In this document: piece by piece, positions 39,635 through 52,439 of the stretch
Layout: each line of letters starts with the position of its first letter
Position numbering within the stretch: position 1 is the stretch's first letter
The notes under the pieces: model-generated
Databases searched by the model: none
What the model saw: the letters and a program-made list of their open reading frames with translations, nothing else
Told to the model about the DNA's origin: nothing
Position numbers and translations under genes: made by a program
Assembly: GCF_006345805.1 (NCBI RefSeq)
Contig: NC_043001.1
Location: 45,260,001 to 45,324,000 of the forward strand
Direction of reading: 5' to 3'
Origin: Octopus sinensis
Lineage: Eukaryota
DNA: 64,000 nt

Positions 39635-40669
39635 TCAAGTCTTCTCATATATAGTGAGGTTTTATCAATTGCATGAACTAAAAGTCAGAGGTAGATTGGA
39701 TAAACTACCTGCATCAACTTGCTATAAAAGCAGGAAGTAATTTTACCTTGTGCGTACTCTTAGTGTGGGTTTTGAAGAGTGCAATTTGATTTTAACTGTT
39801 ATATTTTCAAAACCTCATCATAACTGTTGAGGAACTAGCAAAGAAGCTTGGATTTGGTTATTCAACCATTCATTAACACCTGCTTACCATTGGAGAAATC
39901 AGCAAATTGGGTCACTGGGTTCTGCACAAACTTCCCAGGTCTAATCACGCACAGAGTGTGAATATGTGCTCTTCTTTGCTGCCATGTCTCACGAATGAAC
40001 CTTTTTTGGACCAAATAGTGACTTGTAATGAGAAATGGGTTCCCTATAAAAATGTCAAGTGCTGAAGACAGTGGGTAGGGAAATGAGAAACAGCAGCACC
40101 CCAGGCTAAAGTAGGTCTTCACCCATGTAAGGTGTTGTTATCTGTTTGGTGGGATATGAAAGGTTTAGTCCACTTTGAACTTTTAAACCCAAACCAAATG
40201 TTAACAAAGGAGATCTACTGTGAGCAGCTTGAGTGGCTTAAGTCAGCACCAGAAAAAACCCAACCAACTTTGGTTTCAAGACGAAAGGTGTTCTTCCATC
40301 AGGATAATGCTCAGCCACATAAAGCAAGGATGACATTTCAAAGGCTGAAGCAGTTTGAATGGGAAACAATGCCCCACCCACCAAATTCGCCAGACATTGC
40401 CCCATCTGATTATCATTTATTCTGCAGTCTTCAAAATCATTTGGATGAAAAAAATATGAATTCTGTAGATAAGGTCAGAACTGTACTGGAGGAGTATTTT
40501 TCATCACAGACAAGTGAATTTTAGAAGAGGGGCCTTACAAGTCTACCAGATAGATGGAAGAGCATTGTAGAAAATGAAGAAGAGTAAATTTTAGATTAAA
40601 AAAGAACTTTGTTTATCTTAATTTTGAAAAGGAAGTATAAAAAACCACATTATTTATGGGATGACCCAA
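39635..40669 (+). mobile_element. Decayed mariner (DD34D) element with N-terminal deletion
   Basis: WVLHKL (WVPHEL-like), IVTCNEKW, HQDNA-to-SPDIAPSD with 34-aa spacing; right TIR ends GACCCAA+TA; degenerate left TIR matches 21/29. Confidence 0.92.
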
Positions 40670-40838
40670 TAGATAACATTGATAACAGAATGAATAAAGT
40701 ATTCATTCTGTTATCAATGCACATGTTCAAGAACCAAGATGAAATATTCTGCTCAATACTGCTTAGTATGCACATTCAAGTGTTTCCATGTGCATATATA
40801 TGAATGCATATGTATTTGCTTATGTGTGCACACATGTA

Positions 40839-42276
40839 CTGTAACAGCCATGATATAAAGGTCAGTAAGAACAAGCGTATTGAAATATTTATTAGAGGAG
40901 ACTAACACATTTAAATATATCTATCTTTTGAGAATATTTCAAGTGAATGGAATAAATATTTTATAAGTTATGAGGAAATAAACAAATAATCATCCAAACT
41001 GCAATGGCCAAAAGTTAAGGGTCACTTAGGAAAACAATGAAAAATGGAACAAGAACAAAAAAGAAACCCTTACTATTAATATTTTGTGAACATCCATTTA
41101 CTATCAATGACCTACCATTTGTTACCACAAGAGTGAATTAATTTCTTGCAAAATGATGGAGTAATATTGTTCCATTCGTAAAATCTTTGACACTCTTTGC
41201 AGTGTGACAGGGAGCATTGTCCTGCACAAAGATAGCAGGTTGAACTGAGAAGGATCAGAGATGGGGAAGGGCATGCTATCTAAGAATCTGCTTGTAGATT
41301 TCATCACTGACAGTCCCTTGTAGGCAAATAAGTGGACCAGGACCAGCAGCAGAGATCACTCCCCATACCATTACACTGCCTCCTCCATATTTCACTGTCT
41401 TCTTCACACATGCATAAAATAACCTTTTGCCACTTCTTTGTCAGATGTACATCCTGCCATCAGAACCAATCACATTAAACTTTGATTCATCACTAAAATG
41501 AACCTGTGACCAATGTTCTCCTGTCCAAATGACATGTTTGTGAGCAAAACGAAGACAGGCTCTTTGATTCTTTTTGAAGATCAGAAGTTTCTTTGCTGGT
41601 GCCTGAGCAAGCAACCCAAAGCCTAATAACCTCCAAGTAACTGTTTTGTGCAATACGTTGACATCAAAAGTGAGCTAAACTTGCAGGATATCTTGGCAGC
41701 ACTCTTAAACCTGTCTTTCAGTGACATTCTAACCATAACACAATCCTGTCTTGGTGAACTTTTATGAGGTCTACTGGTTTTGGGCTTAGCATCTGTCAAT
41801 CCTGATGACTTAAAATGAGTTACAATTCATTGCACAACACTTCTAGACCTTTCTACAGTAGTTGCTATCAAAGAATTTGACCTGCCCTCTTGGTGAAGGC
41901 ATACAATCCTTTGTTTTTCATCACAGGACACTGGTCGTCTTTCACAAGCCACCATGTTGACAGTTGAATGTTCCAATAATGTAAGATCATAAGAAGTAAC
42001 TGTTAGCCCATTAACAGTCTTCTAAACAACAAATACATCGGTTAGTAGTTCATTTTTTCTAAGTGACCCTTAACTTTTGGCCACTGCAATTTGGGAGATA
42101 GATTGTTTATTTCCTCATAGCTTACAAAATATTTATTCCATTCACTTGGAATTTTCACAAAAGATTTTAGATATATCTAAATATGTGTAAAATACATAGT
42201 TTTAACGTGTTGTTAATCTTCTATAACTATTTCAAAACATTTGTTCTTACTGGCCCTTATATTATGGCCACTATTG
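40839..42276 (-). mobile_element. Tc1-family element with long IR-DR-type TIRs (about 200-230 bp); transposase pseudogene 41076-41955
   Basis: TIRs about 40839-41041 and 42048-42276, each with outer and inner GGCCA..A.TAAGGG.CA.T repeats; FSDESKFN, GGGSVMVWG and FVQDNAPCH motifs; the SPDLNPIE segment is deleted. Confidence 0.92.
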
Positions 42277-43151
42277 TGTCATTTTTCCTTGTTAGCATGA
42301 GCTGAACAAGATGTTGGGGCAGTAGCCTACAGCAGGATGCCCTTCTTGTTGTAAATCACTGCATGTTTTTCAACTGAGCTATTTTTATTTCATCAATCTT
42401 CATGCATCAACACTGATGAATCTGACAAGCTACAGTATCATTGCTTAAGTGATGTCAGTGTGAAGAGAAACATTCACATAAATTCGTAAATGACAAGCAT
42501 CTGTTCAGTTTCCATCTACCAAATTTCATTCACAAGGCATTGGTCAGCCCAAAGCTACAACAAAAGAAACTTGCTCAAGAGGCCAAGCACTGGGATAGAA
42601 CCCAAAACCATGTGGTTGCAATGCAAACTTATTAACCAGTCATATTTGAAACTATATTTATTTATTTATTTATTTATTTAGAGAGAGAGAGAATTTGAAA
42701 TCCCTGCAATAAAAATAGGAAATAAACTACCCTCATTAGAAAAGGATGAACATATCAATGAAATTTAATTAATGTTGATAATTAAAAAAATTATGTAAAT
42801 ATGCAACTACAAAAAACTTTAGATAACCATTATTATTGTTATTATTATCATCATTATCAATAGTGTCATCATTACCATTTATTCATCATTATCTTCATCA
42901 TCGTTGCTATTATTTTCTAAAACTGCCTGCACAAACTCAAACTATTTCTGTTTTTCTCTCTTAACAGCATAACAACAACATTTCTCACAATTACAAAGCT
43001 ACTAAATAGTGAACAAATAATGGAGAGCAAATATTTCTTTCTTTCTTATATGAATAAGATAGATAACAAAACGGAAATATAAAATAGAACATATATATGC
43101 ACAAACATCAATATTCGGAGCAACCAAACAAAAACAAAACCGAGACATTAC

Positions 43152-43182
43152 CTGTCGTATTCAAAATTTTTTTTATAACCAT
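43152..43182 (-). CDS. Candidate internal first coding exon MVIKKILNTT, ends phase 1
   Basis: ACAATGG start, donor CAG|gtaatg, in frame with exon 30238-30340; local CpG cluster and a CRE upstream. Confidence 0.45.
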
Positions 43183-43568
43183 TGTAGTAAATGTAGTGAA
43201 CTATATACATTGATTAAAAAATAAAAAACTGATTTGAGCTATTGTGTTAAAGAGGCTTTACTAAGCAATGCATTTTTGTTTACTTTATCAATCTATCATT
43301 AGGATGGTTGAACGAACAGTAATAATACTAATCCCTGGAAAAAGATTAATCTAACAAGTAGATAATCCATCATATTGAAATGAAAGAAGAGGATGCATGA
43401 GTAATGAAGAAGTGGTATGCTATTTGTCACAACAACAGAAATTTCAAATATTTATCATTTCAAATCGAACAAGAAAAAATATCAATAAAGGTGTCTGATA
43501 AAACAAGCACACAGGTGATAAGTTATCGGTGACATTCTTCAAATGAACTACATACTCACAAAACTAGA

Positions 43569-43576
43569 TGACGTCA
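43569..43576. promoter_or_regulatory. Perfect CRE palindrome TGACGTCA
   Basis: Exact 8-mer 387 bp upstream (minus strand) of the candidate ATG at 43182, within a CpG-retaining patch. Confidence 0.45.
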
Positions 43577-44789
43577 CTTATGACCTTACCCACAGCTTTA
43601 TTGTTTGACAAGTTAATTCAATAGATTCCTTTTGGTTCATTAAAAACTCAAGGGCTTTACCTTTGTCTAATTTCTAGTAAAATCCTTTGAGGTTGAATAG
43701 AAACAATACTCATTATTATAATGAGTGTATTTGGCACAAGGAACTACACAGGAATATTGTTGGATTTGGTGCAGATATACTTGCTTTTTATCATTATTTA
43801 TTAATAATTGGTAAAAATATAATAAATACAATAAATATAAATAAATAATATAATAAATAAAAAACTATAATAAATACAACAATATTATAAATTAAAAATC
43901 ATAAATACAAATGCTATAAATACAACTATACTCTAAAATATGACGACCATTTAAAATATATTTCTAAAATAAGAAGTAGTTAAAAAGGAAAAAAAATAAA
44001 GCATTCCACCCAACCTTTGGCTTATGAATACATGGGAAAATGTAGTGGCTAAGCTGATAATTTATTGCAGTAAGGAAGAGGTGTGAGAAGTAGTAGGCAT
44101 ATGAAGTAATGCGTGTGTGTGTGAGAGAGAGAGAGAGTGTGTATGTGTGTGTGTGAGAGAGAGAGAGTGTGTGAGTGTGTGTGTGTGTGTGTGTTTAGCC
44201 AAGTCAAAGATTAAGTTCACCTTAAGCTTTGATGATGGCTTTTGAGTAGGCATGTTTAACATAAGGCTTAAGGGTTGGATGGGACCTGGTTAAAACCATT
44301 TGTCCAGTTTGGTGAGGGTGGAGAATTTCATTGACTACCTATGCCCTAACTACCCTACATTTAACCATTATTTGTATCTCCTCTGTAAACACAGTGTACT
44401 GTTTGTACAAACCACCAAACCGGATGTTTACACCGATAGGAACATTCCCTTCACTTAGCTACTTTTAAATTATCTTCTCCCCACCCTTTTCAAGTACACA
44501 TTCCCAATCAAGTTTTTGACCCTTCTCAATTGCCAAGTTAAGTGTATATTCATTCAACAAATCAACTGTGTATATCCAAATAAAGGAGTGTAATTTGATA
44601 ATGATTTTTGATGTCTACAAACTCATAGACAGTCTAGAGTAGGGGAAATCTTTTAAATGATTTGGAGAATAGACAAAAATACTAGTAAACAAATACTGTA
44701 ATACTGATCTTTATGAATATTCTCATATTTATCTCAAATATTAAAAATAATTATCTTTGACTCACTAAATAACTCCATTCATCCATCTT

Positions 44790-45155
44790 CACTGCTCACT
44801 ATTCCTGGAAGGGTCATGGGGGTAGAGTCTCAGGCACTTCCTCCATAGGGTTCTATCAAATGCATTTGTCATTAAACTTTTCAGCTCAATTCCCAAGCAT
44901 GGACAACTGAGACTATGGCTATTATCCAGCCATCTCATTCTTGGTCTACTCCTAAGTCACTTGCAATATTCTAATCATATGTTCATAGTACTGGAGCTGT
45001 GACCTCTCAATGTGAAGAAGTTATAGCTCTACTTGGAGAGGCTCTCTGATCTCTGAGATCCAAAAATCCTTCAGAGGAACCCCACTTTGGCCACTTGTAT
45101 TCATGATTGTACCCTTTTGGTCATTATCCAATATTCGTGACCACAGGTGAGGAAG
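44790..45155 (-). mobile_element. RTE-clade LINE C-terminal fragment (Expander/Rex3-like)
   Basis: LTCGHEYWIMTKRV..IQVAKVGFL and LHIERSQLQ motifs. Confidence 0.75.
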
Positions 45156-46362
45156 GACATGGAAACTGAATTATAAACTGTTCATCTATTTATTTACCTG
45201 TTCATCAGTCTCAGTAAAAACATATGTTCATACACTAAGAGGATCCTCTTTAGAAAACAGACACATACACATACAAGTCAGCCCACAGACTCACACACAC
45301 ACTCATGCATACAAATGTCATCTGTATTCTAGGATAACAGTAACAACATTTCATGTAAAATAGAAACTCCACCTATAATAATAATCTTAGGTTAGGATTA
45401 AGTACATTCAACAAATCAGAAGAGCACTGATGACTGACACAGATAGCATACAATTCTAGATTCTTACTATGATAAGCACTGTTATATCACAAAAGGCTAA
45501 AATCTTCAATTTCTAAAATATCTCAATCAAGACAATCTCTGGACATCACAAAGATTATTAGTATATCATATACATATTACCTATTTTCAAACCAAAATAC
45601 AAAAATGATGAATCACAAAATGAATACCACAAATGATACACAAGCATAACATGAGGGAGTCTTAAATTTCAAACTGCCAGAAACAGCAGCTAAATTTCCT
45701 GCAAATCACACCTTAACATCTCCAAGAACATGTTGAATAATAGATATACTATTTCTGAATAAAAGTTAAGATAGTTACAACTAAGGTACCAACATGCCAT
45801 CCAGTTCAAGAATTGAACTCATGACATTATGGCCGTGTGCCAAACCACTGAGTCACATGCCTTCACATATTTTCTCAAGCTATTCTAAAATCTGGCAATG
45901 CAATAAGACTATGCATTGCTGAAGAGGTGTTAGAAGATTAATATGTCTGGAGTTGTCAGTGTAGCCAGAGACCAGACTCAATCCCCAACATATTCTATAT
46001 TTAATTAAATTTGATAAATCTAAATTTCAAAGTTGTCTCCCTAACTTTTCTTTACCAGAATTAGTCATTTAAATATTTTATCATCACTACAAATGTAATT
46101 TAATTGAAATGTCTTCATTCACTGCATTGATGATGCTAGTGTTCTGTTTACTATTAAATTTTTTCTGTATTGAATAAATTAATTTGTGCATTTAATAATG
46201 TTATACAATGAATATTGCAAAGCAAACAAGTATATCAGGATACCATATTCACAAACTGATAAATCCAAGTACTGAATACAGAACACCTTACAAGTATTGC
46301 CAGTCACTACATTTAAAACCAATTAAGTACAAATTACAATAAAGTAAACATTCACAAACATT

Positions 46363-46603
46363 CATGTAAAAAGCACCATCCGATCGTGACCGTTTGCCAG
46401 CCTCGTCTGGCACCTGTGCCGGTGGCAAGTAAAAAGCACCCACTACACTCACGGAGTGGTTGGCATTAGCAAGGGCATCCAGCCATAGAAACATTGCCAG
46501 ATCAGACTGGGCCTGGTGCAGCCTTCTGGCTTCCCAAACCCCAGTTGAACCATCCAACACATGCTAGCATGGAAAGTGGACGCTAAACGATGATGATGAT
46601 GAT
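46363..46603 (+). mobile_element. Young family C repeat
   Basis: Close reverse complement of 7291-7545, (GAT)n tail, CpGs retained. Confidence 0.85.
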
Positions 46604-46734
46604 TTTATTCTTAACACTTTATTCACAAACATTTTATTCTTAATATAAATAAAAGGACCATAGAAGTAATGAAAATCTTAAAATAAAAACTATATTTACT
46701 TCTACAAACCCACCCACTCATGCCAAGCTAATGA

Positions 46735-47152
46735 GAGAGCCTCCACATAGTTGCTCAACCTACTAGAAATAAAAACCATATATTTCTAAAATCACACTAT
46801 GCTGTCTTTAAAAAAAGAAAGCAACATATATGACAATGTAGTTCTAGATGGGATAGTCATGGCTGGAATAATTCTGATAATGGGTCACCTGGTTTAGGAC
46901 TGACCTGGAGCTAAATGACAACAATCAACCAACCAAATCAAGAGCCTTTAGTGTAGCTGTTTGACATGCAAGAAATAGCAACCAATGCTCCCTTAAATCC
47001 AACTGTCCCAAGAAAAATGGTGGGGAGAACACATTGGATAATGTAGTCCTAGTTACACTATACATGAATAAAAGATGTGATGCCATGACAGAACATCTTT
47101 GATCATAGGTCTACTGGATAAGGGTAGACCTAGCACTAAACAACAACAACAA
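46735..47152 (+). mobile_element. Two tandem copies of a (CAA)n-tailed repeat of about 200 bp (family D)
   Basis: CTAGAAATAGCAGCCAAAT..ACATTGGATAATGTAG..GATCATAGGTCT consensus. Other copies near 6190, 18700, 24400, 33100, 39470, 45670 and 53650. Confidence 0.75.
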
Positions 47153-47265
47153 ACTTACTGTTTCTCACTAATCTATTTAGTTATCCCCCCAGTACACATT
47201 AACCTAAATAACTATACACAAATATTTACAAATATGCATATGTATATATTTCTATCTGTACTGAA

Positions 47266-47315
47266 TTAATGTTTTCTGTCCAAAGCTCTGCCAACCGAGA
47301 ATTTGTTCTTGCTTT
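47266..47315 (-). CDS. Candidate alternative terminal exon, phase 1, (E)SKNKFSVGRALDRKH*
   Basis: Acceptor gttttgtttgattttag; phase matches the 48-nt exons; no strong donor nearby. Confidence 0.3.
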
Positions 47316-47883
47316 CTAAAATCAAACAAAACAAACATTCATATATAAACAATGTTCCGAATATTAACCAATTCCACTTAGTGCTGTACTTGAACAGACT
47401 GCAATGGACTGTTTTGAAAATAAATAGAACCACTGAAAGACAAAAACAATCAAACAAGAACAGCTGGTTGTGTGCATGTGTGTGTTTGCTTCTACACACA
47501 CACACGTGTGTGTATGCAATGCACATGTATATGTGTAGGTATGTTCATGTGTATGCTTGAGAGTATTAAGACACACACATGCATGCATGCACATGTGTAT
47601 GCATGCACACAAGTGTGTAAATAATATATATGCATTTAATTATTTCCATGACATATTATAACTGTGTATTTTACATATGTGTAAGTTACTGAAGTGGAAT
47701 GTTGAAACTAGATTTGGATTGTGTGTAAAATTAATGTTAACATATTTACTAAAATGAATATTAAAAAACTAACAAATTATTGTCTGGTCAGGAAAAAGAA
47801 AACAATATTAGTCAATGACTCATATTATTTTAGTTATTTCAGCAAATACGGGAGAGAAATCTAGATATGTTTCAGTGTGTTTA

Positions 47884-47891
47884 TGACGTCA
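47884..47891. promoter_or_regulatory. Perfect CRE palindrome TGACGTCA
   Basis: Exact 8-mer in non-repeat sequence; function inferred only. Confidence 0.35.
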
Positions 47892-48508
47892 TCAGCAAAG
47901 AAACTTCACTGAACTTAGCCAAACAGTGATAAAAAAATCACTAAGTTAATGTACAAGATTGTACAAAGGCTGGCACTCAAGGTTATGGTTACACACAAGT
48001 TTATGATTGTGCACACACAAACAGGACATACTATTATGTTATTAATAAACAACATAGAAAGGAAATAATAACAAAACAATTAAAAATGATGTATGGATCC
48101 TGTAGTCTTCTAGTTACAGTTACAAAATTGCAATTAGTGGTAAATTTAAATCTAAAAATGTTAAGCCATATAGACGAGATGACATAGGATCGAGAATAAT
48201 TGTGATCTTCAGACTTGCTTTAAATACAGCAGGACAGCAGAATGGGAAAAACGAACAAATAAAAGAAAATTACACACACACACAATATTATTGTTAAATA
48301 TAAAACCATTACTTAAAGATTTGCACCAAAGATGTTCCATGAAAGAAATTTATGAAAAAAAAAAATTTTTATTCCTCCATTAACGTTATTTGTTGAATGC
48401 TTATCAAGCATAAAATTTCAAGTAATGAAGAAACAGTGAGCTCTAAGAATAATATATATCAACTTTACTAGACATGTACTCTTTATTCATACTACTTGCA
48501 AGTGTGTG

Positions 48509-48541
<33 letters not shown>

Positions 48542-50698
48542 CGTTGTTGTCAGCATCATATAAAATCTATGTTCTATGCTGAAATGGGTTGATTGGTTTA
48601 AAAGGATCCAATGGGTCTAGTCCTAAAACTGCATCATGCTCTTGTATGTGCTTTGGCACACTTTCAATGGCAGATGACTTTCCTAACACCAACCACATTA
48701 CAACATGTATTTGGGTGCTTTTTTCCATGTCATCAGCATGAAAAAGACCACCATACAGCTCATAAGACTATGAACTCCATGGGGTGGGGATGGGGTGTGT
48801 GGGGCACACATACATCATTTGACCTGAAGGAATCAAGTTGAGCCTATTACGTTCACAAGCCTTCTGAGATTTGTGCAGCTTATGTACTTCTTGAACAACT
48901 GCAGGAATATAGATAGGAAGGAGTTTCCAGAAGACTGAAGCTTTGTGAAGAAAGGATTGAGTATAGTGATTAGCGTGGGGACTATGAAACTCACAATGTC
49001 AGTGGCAAGAAGAAAAGACAAGTGAGTCAGATGAACCTGAGTAGTAGTATAGGAGCAGCCAGCTCTGAGGAGTAATGGTTCAGTATTTCTGTTGGTTAGA
49101 AGTTAACGTGTGTTGGTGAAAAATTTCATGGCAATCCACCAGCTGGGGTTTGAGGGATGCAGTCTAAGATATCTATATCTAGAAGCAAAGTGCAATGATC
49201 AACAGCATTCTGGCCATATCCAACATCATCATTTAATGTCCATATTCATTAGACAGTTCAACAGGAGCCGATATACCAGAGGACTGCATCAAGCCCCAAT
49301 GTCAGCTTTGACATGGTTTCAACAGCTTGATCATCCTAATGACAACCACTTTGACCAAGGTTATCTCATTCAATGTATCTTCCCTTTTTGGCTATTATTT
49401 GTTGTATATTAAGTTATTTCTAGTATGTAGAACTCCCCGCCCCATTCATTTATCAGTGTTTTGCTGCTTGGAGGTTTCCTTGTTGCTCTAAATCTAAACC
49501 CCTGAAACAATATTTTATGTCAAATGATGATAAACTGAAGGTAAGGAAGGTTATTGTACTGAGAGTAATAATGAAGTATCATATATGTAATATGCACCAA
49601 AGTTTAATATAAAGTTGTAAGAAGTAAAAGGTCATTTTCTTAAAATAAAATGTCATGCATAATGTAAGAAGGAAGTTACAGTATCTTTAAATAGAGTATT
49701 TAAAATGAAAAGGCTAAGTTGGTGTGGAACTGCATAACAAGGTCATATTATATGATTGGGGTTAAAAAATGGAATATTATGATGAATTAAGATTCTATCA
49801 ATATCTAGTCACCTACTTTTAAACATCTACACACACACACACACACACAATATCACACCTTTCCACTCACAGTAATACACATATAATTTTTAACTAATTC
49901 GAACTTGTTGGCTGCATCTATGAATAAACATTAAAATGCTAAATATTTACCAATAACAGAGTGTGTAGGATTTCTTATAGGTAACTGGAATAACCCCCCT
50001 GCCATCAAGTCAAACAAATATCTTGCAGCAGATATCCATTCAGTCACCTGAATGACACCATGAAATGGATGAATTTATTCAGACAGAAATATTCTTAGTA
50101 AACCTCTTTGATATAAATTATTTGAAATTAGTGATCCCTCACTAATTTGGTGGCCCTGTAGGTAAAGGTGTTTGTAAGCAGCAGAGGTTTCAATCACTTC
50201 CAGGTATTATAAATAAGCCTTATTAATTATTTTCATTTTAACAATGCAATGCTTCAGCATGGCCATGATCTAATGACTGAAACAAGTAAAAGGTAAAAAC
50301 ATTTCCACAAATTTTGGGAGAGCATGCAGTCAAATTAACTGCAATACATGACAGGTACATATTTTGTTGATCAAGGTCAATCTTCGTATCAGGAATACAA
50401 TAAACAAAATTGATCCCAACATAGTACTGATACTTATTTGATCGACACCAGAAAGAGGAAAAGCAGAGTGGACCCCAGCAGGATTTGAACCTGCAAAACA
50501 AGAAGCAATTTACTCTAGATTTCTGTTGCCTTAGCTATCTCCATGACTCTAAGGTTTAAAATTATATAAATTGACAAAGGTATTTTAGAAGTTTAATAGG
50601 TTTTCCAAAGCAAGTCAAACATTTTCAAATCATCTTCCACATGTAATATAATGACATGGCAAGGCAGGCTTAAAGTAGATAATATATGAATAACTCAC

Positions 50699-50746
50699 CA
50701 TTATATAATATTGAGTCCAAATCCTCAGCTAATGCAAATGGATTGT
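50699..50746 (-). CDS. Candidate 48-nt internal coding exon, phase 1-1, (D)NPFALAEDLDSILYN
   Basis: Acceptor attttattgtttag, strong donor ATG|gtgagt. Same length, phase and DSIL motif as 61700-61747. Confidence 0.72.
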
Positions 50747-51018
50747 CTAAACAATAAAATGTCATAAAGATAATGAAATGAAAATGTGTGTGTGCGTGTG
50801 TATATATATGTATATATATATAAATATATATATATATAATTAATTAATTACTCAGAAATAGTAAGAACATATTTTTTTAAGATCAAAAATAAAATTGAAA
50901 ATCATTCAAACTTATTTATTGTAATGAAAATTCTACAAATTTATTTATTGTAACAATTCCTGGAAACTATTTTTTTCTTTTTTAGTAATTTCATCTGAAA
51001 TTAATAAATTTTTAAAAT

Positions 51019-51096
51019 CTATAGTAAACATTTTCTTTTAGGTAATTTAAATATGTTGTAGAATCTTTCCCTAGCTTTGCTTCCACCTGTCCCCAT
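51019..51096 (-). CDS. Small ORF or possible alternative N-terminal exon MGTGGSKARERFYNIFKLPKRKCLL
   Basis: Acceptor gttttcttaacag 4 nt before an ATG in A-3/G+4 context; MGxxxSK pattern. Only a weak in-phase donor (AAT|gtttac). Confidence 0.3.
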   Translation of the reverse strand: MGTGGSKARERFYNIFKLPKRKCLL

Positions 51097-52439
51097 TATG
51101 CTGTTAAGAAAACAACACTGAGTTAACAAAGACTACCAAGGTCAGTTGGCATCTCTCTCATATCTTATATGGTAGAATAGACATCTAATCTCTCTTATCA
51201 GTCCACCTATTATATACAAGTTTTAACTACTGAGTATGACTGACTGATACCTTAAAACTCTATATTCTGAATAGGATAGTATAGTTTGGACTTGAGGCGT
51301 GCTCCTCTAATTCAACTGTTAGATTTTAGTAGGTTTGAGAGTGAAAATTTTGATAATTTATTGTGGTGATAGAGTGACCACGATAAACTTAGCGTCAACA
51401 TAGTATTTCTATGAAAGCTCAGAGACAAAATTGATTAAGCAAGGTCAATTTGACTGAGGGCAGAAATGGAACAGAGAAAGAATTCATTTGTGAATACCTA
51501 TCTGCATATGGCAACCTGCTTACATCATCAAACACACCTTGATAAGAGATTTTGTTAAAAAGGCAATGAATGACAATAGATATTATTAAATTAATTTAAA
51601 AACTAGCAAAATCAAATAACTGATACCTCTTGAACTTGAGTTTATTGATATTTCAAAATTGAAATTATTTCTTTTTAAAAGAACTGAGCTATTATTTACA
51701 AAAATAACATAACTGATATCGCTGTTCCTAGTTAAAGAAAAGCTATTTTTATCATGAAGATATCAAATTAAAATATTTGCTTAATTTTCTTCTATTGATC
51801 AGCCATAAGGAAATGGTGCCCATGACCATTTTCAGGGCCTCTGAGATTGGTAAAAGAGAAGTACCTTAAACCAGAGACCTCACCTGATTGCTTACAACAG
51901 AGAAGACACCAGTAAAGACACCCAAAGACTAGACAATGATGTTAAACTGAGTGACTAGTTAAGTCACCACTTATTTGTTGATGGAAATAAAACAAAAAAT
52001 CTTTACTTTTTATGATAAATTGCTGTAAAGTTTAAATAAAATTAATAAATAAAAAATTAATATGGGACATGAAATGAAATGAAATGAAAAAAAAGACTTG
52101 GAATGATTATCAAATATACTAGTTAGAATATAGGCACATCATGTTTGATCAATAATATACTTGAATGAGGTCATGTATTAAATAATTCATGTTAAATAAT
52201 GTTTGTAGAGATGGAAAGAAGAAACAATAAATTATGACCAAGTGACACAATTATGAAAATGTAGAAGAAAAAATATTTAAAATAAATGAATAAATATAGA
52301 CGGAATATAAATAATGACATTAATAAAACAACAGTATATCTATAAATCTATGTCATGCAAACACACAATGAAGATGCATGTGTACATGTGTGTGTTTGTG
52401 TGTGTGCGCGCACGCGCGTGAGTGTGTGAGAGAGAGAAT

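Noticed and set aside
45570-45610. AG|GT zero-length (recursive) splice-site-like motif; similar near 51880 and 58425
   Set aside because: Expected by chance in AT-rich DNA; needs saw-tooth nascent RNA coverage.
48833-49200. Possible Tx1-like endonuclease remnant
   Set aside because: Too degenerate to read diagnostic motifs.
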